Shown here: positions 53,170 to 64,000 of the stretch, piece by piece
Numbering within the stretch: position 1 is the stretch's first letter
How the letters are laid out: each line of letters starts with the position of its first letter
Assembly: GCA_965203295.1 (NCBI GenBank)
Contig: CBDBCZ010000009.1
Coordinates: forward strand, 64,001-128,000
Source: Nitrospirales bacterium
GTDB lineage: Bacteria; Nitrospirota; Nitrospiria; Nitrospirales; UBA8639
Length of the DNA stretch: 64,000 nucleotides
Direction: 5' to 3'
The notes under the pieces: model-generated
Seen by the model: the letters and a program-made list of their open reading frames with translations, nothing else
Databases searched by the model: none
What the model was told of the DNA's origin: nothing
Made by a program: the position numbers and the translations under genes

Positions 53170-56100
53170 TTGAAAAAATGTGAGGTCCACCATGGGTATA
53201 TGTAATTTATAACTGGGACTTTTCCCAAGTGGTACTGTATATACTGGCTTAGTCTCATACCCAGGATGTCTGGCAACATTGCACAAGTTGTTTGCCCTTT
53301 ATTAAACTCTCTCAGTTAATGAATAGAAATTTTTGGTGAACCGATCACATTGCACACAGTTAGCAGTCATTTGCCTAGCCTAGTGCTCTTGTGGCATGCT
53401 AATTACTTTTGTTGAACTTTTTAGCACCCTCTCATTTCACTGTTAGCATTATACACTCACTGCTATACCAACTTTGAGGGTGAAGTATATAATACGCTAC
53501 CATCTGTGTGCTCATGCATGCTGCGAGCAAAGCCAATGATGGTCCCAATCATTTCATTTTACATACATACCTCGCTCCGGGCCTGCAAGACTGTGCAAAC
53601 TATGTGAACCTCTCCATACAGGCTTGTTAATGCCAGCCTCATTCACTCCAGACAACCAGTTACTAATACATGCACTGGTATCAAATCAGCTGACAGAGGT
53701 GTTTTGACTTGCAAGTGAGTGGTAGTTTCAGTCTTGTGCCCTCTGTTTACAGAACAATCCCATGTCCTGATTGAAACAACTATCATGAAACTATAATTAC
53801 ATTTTTGCTGGGGGAGGGATCCTAGTTCCCCCCCCCCCCTCCTCTACGTCAAACTAGTCTAGTCTGTACTCTTGTCAATACTACATGGACATGTGGGACT
53901 GTCCTTACATCTGAAATAAGCTGTCAAACACACCTGGTGTGAGTATTTCCTGCTCCCCAGAACCCTGCACTGGAGAGTAACTGATATACCTTGTTAATTA
54001 CTGTTTCCTTTCCTTTTTGGTGGTTGGATGCATTCAGAGCTATAAAACTGGGTCTGAAACATTCCTGTGAAAAAAGCATCCCTACGTTTGTAGCCTGTCC
54101 TATGTAGGTACTGGTGATGTTGTCAGACTGTGGGTGGGGCTCTAGCAGATTCCAAAATTTTCATTATAGTAAACAACCCGAAATCGCGTTTTTGTGGATT
54201 ATTTAGCAGGAAGTGTAATTAAATGCGTCCTTTTCGTCAAATTGAGGTACCCTTTTATGTTCTCAACAAAGCCATCCATTTGAATTGTGGATTCGGGGTC
54301 TTCCTACCTTAAGTCACGTTCTGATAGAGAGAGATTCATAAACTAGCCTCGTGCCCACGCAATGAGCTTGGGCACGAGAATATACATAAACAAGTTCAAA
54401 TTAATAGTTTGGAACTATGGCTATATATGGCTAGATTACCTTTTTTGTAACTGAATTCCTGGAATAGCTCACAGTGAAAATTGTCATATTGATGAGTGGG
54501 TCTTTGTTTGAGTTTCAATTGAGTATTCACAGCCAAGAGCCAGATTGGTGTGTGTGCATGTGTGTGTCTGGAGGAAGTTCATCAAGAACACGAATAACGC
54601 ATTATCAGTGAGATACATTGATAATGCACACGCACCCTCGCTCCATGACGATCACGACAGTACCCTGTTGTACATTGGAACCCCTCTTAAAGGACGCCCC
54701 TGAAATAAGGACACCTCTCTATACAGGACACTTCACAAGGTCCCCAAGGTGTCCACATTAGAGTGGTTCCAATGTATATAACTGCCTGAGTGCATGATTA
54801 CTTCACTGTATTGTAAACCAGCATACAGCCGGCCCACTCAAAGCCATGTGGGTAGATGGGCAATGGCCTGATTAGTTATGTGCAACAGGAAATTTTTATA
54901 CAGTAGTCACAGCAACTACATGATGCAATATAAATTAGACTCATACTTGTCCAGAGGAGGTAGGATATGGTTTTCACCAGTAGGTTCATATTGGTGTAGA
55001 ATGACCGATCTCAACATGTTCCCCAAAATTAAAGTACATTGGACAGCTGGTTAGCAACAGTTTTTTTGCATCAGGACTATCCACCAATGATGGTGGAGGG
55101 GATATTGTATTGGTATGCATTTATAACCTCCAATTGTTTTGTATAATAAACTCGTTATAGTTAATTAAAGTTGAAAGTTTGGGAGCTATAATTCTATCCC
55201 ATTCTATCCCATCCCATCCCATCCCTCTTATCCCATCCCAATCCTACAACCTTACCCTGTTGTTACCATGGTTATTGTTGTAGGAATTTGCTGTTGTTGC
55301 TATCCCATCCTCAGTGCCCACTCACCCCTCAATGCCCTCCATTCACCTCATACACAACTACATGTGTGAAGGGAGTGGATCAAAAATGCAGAAAGCGCAC
55401 GCATTCCTGATTACTCCCTCCTGACACACACACAAATGATGGCACCATGACCGTACACGTGGTTCCTAGCCAGGAAAGCAGAGAGAGGCCAGACTACACT
55501 GTACTGAAAACAAACTCCAGACCATAGGGGTAGCCAGGCATGAGTGAAAGAAAGCAGAAGATGCCACAGGGCAGAGGGAGATAATGTCCCATTGTCCCAT
55601 TGTTCAAGTTTCATACACACTTGGTTACATTGGCTATATCATATTTCCATTGATAACGCACACACACACTCGCCCCACAATCCTGCATTAACCTAGTACA
55701 ATGAAACCCCTCTTAAAGGACATCCCTGAATTAATGACACCTCTCGATCTGTACAGGACACTGCACAAGGTCCCCAAGTTGTCCACATTAGAGGGGTTCT
55801 ACTGAATACAACTTCCCGAGAGCATGATTACTTCACTCTGTTATAAACTATCTAGCTATCTACATGTAGCTTCCATGCTCCAAATTCAACAGCTATAGCT
55901 GAACCAATGAGGCTACATTAATTAGGCATCATGGCGGTTTTCCAGTTCTTGTGCACTCCTTGTTTGCCATAGCTGTACATCCTGTGGCTGCTTATAAGGA
56001 AACAGAAAATTCTTCACAAAAGCCATGGCAACAACTGGTTACCTGGTTACAGGTGCAAAGTACATGTGTGTTCAGAGGGTACAGGAGTATATAAGAATTA

Positions 56101-59100
56101 TATTACCTAATCAGAAAGACCATCTTGATGTAGAATTGTCACTCTCAAGCTAATCCATGAGAGAAACTCGTCAGAGAGCAGGTTAGTACCAGTTAATGTG
56201 CATCACAAGATCAGAGGAGGTAGGACACAATTCATATAGGGGATAGTATCTCACCAACTGGTCCACACTGAAAATGACCTGCAGTTTATCTCACCTTCAT
56301 TGGAGGAAAGTCCAGTATGTTGTTCATTATACGTACCTCCCCAATGAGTTTTCTCTTGGACTCAGAATTAGATGTTACAGTCTCTATGGATCTGCTGGTG
56401 ATATATTCCACAACATCCATGTCCAACCTCCTCTGGACATTAGTATACTGTTTACATTGTACCCGGCTGTTGCCATGGCTACTGTATAATAATTTCCTGT
56501 TGCAGCTAATTAGGTAAGCTGTGCAGGTGGTATCCTTGTTCACAATACAGTGAAGTGATCATGCACTCAGGTAGTTGTGTATGAGGTGAATAGAGGGCAT
56601 TGTGGGGTGATCGTTGTGACTGGGACATGCCTTATATACGCTAGGAATGGGATATTAAATACCAAATTAAGGCACGTTCCAGTAGAGAGAGGAGGACATG
56701 TACAAATTAATAGCTGGCGTCACTTATGATTAAAATAATACAGTGTATGGGGGGCATAAACAGCTTTAAATTTATTACAGCACACACACACAGCTGCTAG
56801 AAGATACACATTCCGGACATCTTAAGATAAGCATGAATTCAGTTACAGGAAAGCCATTATGCGTTCTAAAAATAGTCACTTGATGAGGTAATGCAGCACT
56901 CTACCTATCACTGTAGTGATGGGCATTGAATGCCATAGCAAACTTCAGACTACATACAAATCAGACGTATTAGCCACCTTACAGCTTAAAAGAAATTAAA
57001 CCAAATCCACCCATCAGCTCTTATGATATACGTAGTAAAATGCATTAAGAAGTCACAATTCATAATTAATCTGGACACGACATGGGATTGATCGAGGAAG
57101 GGACAAGAACTGCAAACTATGCTCCAACTTACTACTTGTGTTGTTGGCCACATGGCATGGCGAATTAATGAAAACATGTGACTGACATTATTACAATCAT
57201 GTTTTGGGTAGGAACGTACAATTTAATGTTAACACAACAGCAGCTCACATCTTTTAGCCCACCTGTCATTAAAACACAATTTTATGTCAGTCACAGAGCT
57301 TATTATTAATCCACCATGCCACGTGATTAGGTGATACTGATATTGTTGAGACGTGCTCAGTTGGCACATAAGTATGTCTGTAGTAATGAGTTTAAGTGGT
57401 TTCGTGTAGAGCAATTAAGAAACACACATACTCACATCCATCTTTTGTGACTAGGGAATACGACTGCCATACATACTCTAAATTAATCCCACAAATGATG
57501 GAATTGATTGTGTACTACTGGTGTAAGAACAGGCAAACGCCGAACCAAACAAGAGGTTCAAATTGGTGGGTTTCAAACTGGAGGGTAGGGTCTGCATGCA
57601 TGCAACCACACCAGTCTTATCACTGTACTCATTTTTGTCAGCAATTGATTATCGTGACTATCCTCACAGTATTGTTGTGCATTATTTGCTTCCAAGCTCT
57701 AAATTGAAGAACTGGGGCCTAAAGAATTAGGCTACATTGATTAGACATCGTAACAGATTATTTCCGGATATTGTGCTGCCATATATCTAGCTAATATGAA
57801 TAGTGATTGCACACCTTGTTTCATATTCTGTGGCTGATTATTTTTGTGATGTCATTGCATTCATAGAATTTCCAGTTTGCTCATACTCGAGAGAGATCGA
57901 CGTGAGTATGTGTGTTCTTTAGTTGCTCTACAAGAAACCCATTTAACCTCATTACTACAGGCATACTCATGTGCTCAATTTGCACGTCTCATTGAAGTCT
58001 ACGTTCAATCAATGTATGGATTGTAAGATGTGTGAACTGCTGCAGTGCTCACTGTCAGTCACTTGGGTTCCTATACAGCACACCCGACATTTTCAGTGCC
58101 ATGAATGATGCAAACCTACATGGACTGTGTCCTATGTACGTACTACGTACAATCATATGCACTAAAATCAAAAAGTAAAGTTATAGCCCTGCCATTTTCT
58201 CATCCAATACCTTCAGAACTATCCAACATGATTACAGAAAGGGACTGTTGTATGGTTGACCCTACTCAACCCCTCCAAACCTTTTGCCTGTACATTAGAG
58301 GCATTGCATGTAATGCACAAGCAGATCTTTAAGGTTGACACAACCTGTTTGCTATTAGTAAACCTCCATGCTAATTACGTAGATCACCGCCAATATCCTT
58401 ACTTCCGATTATGTAGTGCTGCCTACAGGAAGGACAGTTGTGCCGGAGAAGTTTTCCATACCAATATAAGGCTTTGTACATTGCAGCTGACATGTGAAAA
58501 CAATATAGAGATGGGGCTGTGTATGTTGTGTTTATGCTATCTCTACACCTCAACGCGTTTATTTGCTTTATGGCACTTCCATCCCTACATCTTTTATTTC
58601 AATTTCTAGGCATTCAGTGCCTATCACTACAGTGATCAGTCATTACCTCATCAAGTAACTATTATTAGAATGCACCCTGGCTTCTTTTAATTGAATTCAT
58701 GAGAATAAATGCCCTTATCTTGGAATGTGTATCATTCCAGCTGCTGTGTGTGTGCTCTAATGCAGCCATATCACTGTATTGTTTTAATTGCTCTACAAGA
58801 AATCCACTTAAACTCAGACATTCTCAAGTGCTTAATGAGCTGGTCTCAATAAAGGACAGGTGTCAGGTGGATTGTAAGATTCAAACTGCTGTAGTTTTCA
58901 CAGACACATACCCTCCCCTGTCAGTGCCTTTCTCCAAAAATCTCTCTCTCTAGGTTCGAGCCCCATATGGCACTCGCAGCCACAACCACAAGAGCCAGTT
59001 GCGAACCCCGGTCCCGGTGCCACTTCGGTCACAAGCACTCCCATGGAGGTTGACTCCGTCCGTACCGATTACCACCTTGACGGGACAACCGGTGATCCGA

Positions 59101-60402
59101 CGCTGGTGATCGACCTCACCACGGCCACCTCCATACCAGAGACTCCTGAGCCCCCGCTGCCCAGTGCTCCTCCCCGCCCCCCTCCTCCCTGGCTGGGGAG
59201 AAGAAGTAAGTGGACTGCATACATAATAGCTATGTAGTCGATTATGTGTACTGATACCCATAGTATGGCTAGATGAATTCTCCTATTTTCATTGTGCATA
59301 GTTGCACTCTCTACAAGCGGCCAGTTCAACCAAACAAATTCAGAATATGCCGTTTACTGTTCCTTGATTGAACGGCTTTGTTGGGCTCAGTACAGGGCAG
59401 CAAAATATCGTTTCTGTCCCAATCAGATTTGGATTGTTACGGTCTAAACAAGGTGCAAATCATGCCTGTACAGTGTCTTTTGAATAGTTCTCAAGCAATA
59501 GAACGGAAGTATAGTATGCTTTCAGTTGCTAGTAACTCATCTGAGACAGATTCTTCGGCAGTTTTTAACCATTAAACTGGATTAACGTAAAGCAGTTAAT
59601 AGTGTCCCCACTGTTCAGAGATTCTCTCAGTTGGCAGTACAATTCAAAAATGAGCAAATCAAATACTAAATTTCAACAGAATTTTCTGTCTGAAATTTTT
59701 TCTACCAAACTGTTCATGCCTACGACACTGTACATAGCCAATACCTCGAACATTTTCAAAGTACTGCTGAAATTGAGGTTGGCATTAAAGAAGCTTAATT
59801 ATCACGACTGTCCTCACAGTACTAATAGTTCAGTTGTGCATTGCTTCAGAGCTTCAAATTGAACTGGAGCCTAGAAATTAGGCACCATTAATTGATTAAA
59901 CATCGTAATAGTTCTGGATATTGTGCTACCATGGCTACTACATATGCTCGCTCACCTTGTTGCTATAACTACAGATCCTGTGGCTAATTATAAGTACCCA
60001 AACTCCTATGCACATGCCAGTGTAATAATAACCCCTTCCAGTTTCAATGTGGAAATTCCAATTCCAGTTTATCTATTGAACGTTTTCTTTGATGCTTTAA
60101 GTTTCTATCAATGACGTTGATTTCCTTGAATAAAAACAGTGTAATGGTGCTTTTACACAAAAGTAATAAAATGCATATAATGTTTTAAGTTTTCAAATTT
60201 CATCTTCTTTTTCACTCTCTCCTATTTCCTCTTCCCCATCAACTTCATCATCCTCTTTCGCTATTTCTTCTTCGCTGTGCAGTAGCATTTCTTTTCCTCC
60301 AACCAAAAGCACATTTCTTCGTACTTTCATACTTGCTGTTGCAGCATTGTGTTTGTCTATGAAAGGGAATATGCCAGTCAAAACAGCAACATTGCTCAAA
60401 AG

Positions 60403-61025
60403 GATTGAATTTTCAATGATCATACTATTACAATCATTGAAATTTCAATGACAATAGAATTCCAAATACTATGATTACATAAAATTTTAAAACTAAGTTC
60501 ATTGAAACATCAATGAAGTCAAGATTCCAAACATTATGAAATTTTAATGACAATATGGTTACAAATCATTGAATTTTCAATGCCGATGGATTTCTAATAA
60601 CTATGATCATTGAAATTTCAATGACAAAATTCCAAAAAGTACGAAATTTGAATGACAAAAGGGTTCTAGATCATTGAATTTTCAATGACGATAGAATTCT
60701 AAAACATGAAATTTCAATGAGGACAATCATTGAAATTTCAATGAGGACAAGATTCTAAAAAATGACAAAAGGGTTCTAGATCATTGAATTTTCAATGCCG
60801 ATAGAATTCTACAAAACTATGATCATTGAAATTTCAATGAGGACAAGAATTAAATTTCAAGGTTCCAGATCATTGAATTTTCAATGACGACAGAACTTTA
60901 CAAAACGATCATTGAAATCTCAAGGAGAAGAAATTTGCAGGCCATGAATTTTCAATGTCAATATATTTCTAGAACTATATTCATTGAAATTTCAATGAGG
61001 ACAAAAGTCCTGAAACTCAATGACA
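60403..61025. repeat. Array of ~15 copies of the palindrome TCATTGAAATTTCAATGA with variable spacers
   Basis: Exact copies near 60435, 60607, 60728, 60823 and 60982, with variants between; spacers often contain agaattc or ttctaga. Confidence 0.85.
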
Positions 61026-62720
61026 ATAGAATTCCAAAAGCTACAGCAAACACAGTCTCCAAGCAACACAATTAGTTGTGCTTGGCAATAACTCTTGCCA
61101 ACTAGATGGTTATTACACAGCCCAATATGAAGCACTACCAGAAGGCAACGACAAACACAGCGTCTCATACCGTTCACTGGTTCGAATTCCAAAATCCAGT
61201 CGTTTTCAGCTGACCATTGCTCTGCAATGTGTTGAATGTACGCATTCAGGTCTCCAGTGAAGACATTGACACAATTCTGTGGCACCCGCGCTTTCATGAC
61301 ATCCATGTTAGAAACAGCCACTCCAACCGGTTGTACTCCGTCTACTAGGATTCTACTACCTGGATAGGATACAAACAATACTACTAGCAGCAGAGAAGTA
61401 TGTTTCCATGAACCATACTTCATGTACATGCATCTCAGCCTTAAGGTAGGCAGAGCAGAACAGGCTGCAGCAGAATGCAATACTCTTCTCTCAATTCCCA
61501 CAAAGGCTCACCCCCACAGTGATATAACAATAGCTAGTAATACTAACCTGATGGTTTGGAGGAGGTATCAAACCAGTACGCCATCTCTCCATGCAGGCCT
61601 TCCTTTCGGTAGCTTTCCAGTACTTTGGGAAGCTCAACTGCAGAGGTGAACCCCATGATGACATACCCTGTTTCTCCTGCACCTCTGTTGATAGCCCGGA
61701 TGGTCCGCAACAGTTGTGCCACCTGTGTAATAACAAGGCAGTGCCTTCAAGCAACCAGAAACTTCTGCTAGCTAGCTAGTTACATGGAATGGAAAAGAAG
61801 ACATACTATAATACAGCATATTGTTGAAAGAAGAAACTCACCTCCTGGTCACTGCGACCACTGAGTCTCATGATTACGAGCGGAAAACCCGGAAATTGTG
61901 GCAGCAAGGTTGTGAGGCCCTGAAACGTCAAATCCTCAGGAGCCATGGCCAGGTGCATGCCGTGGTAGCTCCTCCCGTCCACAGTCAGCTCAATGCTCTG
62001 CGTAGCCTGGCAGTACAATATTGTACAAATTTCCACACTGGAACTGGAAGTGGTTTGTATACCTGATTGCCTAATTGGTTACATATCTGAAAGCACTTGT
62101 ACAGGCAAGAGGTTTAATAAGGTGGAAACTCAAGGGTAGGGTCAACCGCCCTTCCTTTTTTTACTGTGCTCATATTTGGATGGTTCTGTATAAGAAACAG
62201 TGATATGGATGGGCTATAGCTGTAGACTTTTTGTATGCATGTGTATGTAGTAACCTAGTTTAACTAGCTGCTACCTGATCAGAATGTCATATTCCTACTG
62301 AAAAATAACAGGCCCATAGGAGCCCTAGTGGACGTCAGTGAGTACTACTGCAATTCACATCTTACGTACATCTGCCTGTCTTGTCCAGACATCCGTCAGT
62401 GGGCACATGAGTATGTCTGTATAGTAATGACTTATTCATTATTAAGTGGCTTCTTGTAGAGCAATTAAGGAACACACAATCACATCAGTTTATGGAGTAT
62501 GAGCAACTTGGGAATACGTACATTCTATAAATACTCATCATCACAATGACATCATGAAAATAGTTTAGAGATGTCTCCATAGCAATTAGCAGCCAGGAAA
62601 GCAGATACAGGCCAGACTACACACCTTGTTGCCATAGCTTCATATCCTGTGGCTAACTATAAGTACCGGACTCCACACACACATGCCAGTTTGCAGGCTA
62701 CGACATTTAGCTATAAGTTG

Positions 62721-63470
62721 TAGCATGGTGAAGCCCTACATCAAAGGCGCCGGCGTGCCAATATTTCAGATATTGGCACCGGTGCGCGTCACACCGGTGG
62801 TATAACCGGAGATATTGGCACCGGTGCGCGTCACTGCAGTGCCACTGTATCCAATTAGCAACCGACCACTAAACTATTTTTAAGGCAGTGTAGTTCAATA
62901 GTAATAGCCATAAAGCTAGCCAGCTATAGCCTCGAACCAAAGCTAGGATGGTTGGGTTCGAGCTATCCTGTAGTCTTGTCGCGCTCTGGCTGAAATTGAG
63001 CTAGGCTGTGATTTTCCGGAAGGATTTTTCGATGATGCAGAGAACTAGTCTAGCATAGAATCTTCCGACAGTATCATGTCCATACAAATATCTCGTAAGT
63101 CACGAGCACGGCGATTCGCTCGTTCCATGATGGACTGAGCTACAACCGGCTCAGTGCTTGCCGGTCTACACTAGCTCACCGTCACTTAAATCATCAAAGA
63201 AAGAGTATGGAACTAGCTCACCAAAGTTCTCAATATCGCCGAAAAATCCTTTCCGAAAGTCAAGCCTAGCTCAATTCCAGCCATAGCACTACAAAACGCC
63301 TACAGCTACAGATCGCTCAAGGCTTAATTGAATTGTTTTGCGTCACACTTGCCATGACAACAGCGTTTTACGTCACAGTTACCATGGTACTAGGGGTTGC
63401 CATGCTACAAATTAGTTATTGTATGGCTGCTCGTGCCATATGGCACTCGCAACCATACAATAACTAATAC
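62721..63470. mobile_element. Non-autonomous element: IR-bounded body plus terminal hairpin
   Basis: IRs ttgtagcatgg(62718-28)/ccatgctacaa(63400-10); palindrome 63411-63468 with a TC/TC internal loop; empty site ataagttgtggaaat at ~26367 and ~38390. Confidence 0.8.
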
Positions 63471-63891
63471 TTGTGGAAATATTAACACAGGATTGATTGG
63501 TACTTCCTTCCGTAAACCCACTGTTATGCAATATTTGAAATTGTTACCTACCTAAGGATACCTATGACCAAATGTGTATTTACGTAAGAAAAGCTTCCGC
63601 ATCTTGATTTCAGAACTTTATTGTTTAAAAAAATCTGATAATGACAAACAAGAGAAACAGCTACACCAACAAATAGGTTAACACTAGTAACTATCACAAA
63701 CTGAAGTATAAAACCAAGGGACTGTAAATAAAAATATTTAGCCAAGGGCCAGTCGAACCCATGACAGGGAAAAAACTATAGTGGACAAAAAAAAACTATA
63801 AGTCAGCTGAAAAAAAAACTCACCATAGAAAAACCCAAAATATAAGATTACAACACTACTGTAGTTACATTATTTTACAACACTGAAGTAA

Positions 63892-64000
63892 TTATTGCAC
63901 AAAGATCTCAATCAGTTCAATGGGGGTGTCCTCAAAGCTGAGCGGCTCACTGCCACATATTCTCACTTCGATGTCATCAGTTGTCGGCTCAGCTACGCTT
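63892..64000 (-). CDS. Secreted cysteine-rich protein, copy 5 (C-terminal end only; runs off the window)
   Basis: Manual translation SVAEPTTDDIEVRICGSEPLSFEDTPIELIEIFVQ*. Confidence 0.85.
   Translation of the reverse strand, partial: SVAEPTTDDIEVRICGSEPLSFEDTPIELIEIFVQ

Noticed and set aside
60403..61025. CRISPR-like repeat-spacer array
   Set aside because: Spacers are short, irregular and similar to each other; eukaryotic context; no cas genes.

Overview
Eukaryotic, repeat-rich genomic DNA, most likely from a demosponge (inferred from the protein family and repeat types; not verified). The backbone is a segmentally duplicated array, period about 12-13 kb, of intronless minus-strand genes for a secreted, cysteine-rich protein with a fibrinogen/intelectin-like N-terminal motif. 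There are 4 intact copies, a 5th cut by the right window edge, 2 truncated pseudogenes and several orphan promoter modules. The paralogues have near-identical frameworks and differ mainly in about 5 short segments. A full-length RTE-clade LINE (4305-8032; APE + RT + two CCHC fingers) sits inside a (GT)n microsatellite, and its first nucleotide is the predicted cleavage site of a complete HDV-like ribozyme fold. A second GT tract (45.26-46.01 kb) holds a 61-bp 3'-end piece of a related element and a ~305-bp highly structured element headed by a degenerate HDV-like motif. Together these suggest a GT-microsatellite-targeting, ribozyme-capped LINE/SINE system. Because the locus is duplicated, many non-autonomous DNA elements can be delimited against empty paralogous sites: TA-flanked MITEs, Helentron-like elements, and a set of hairpin-plus-inverted-repeat elements with tandem GA mismatches.
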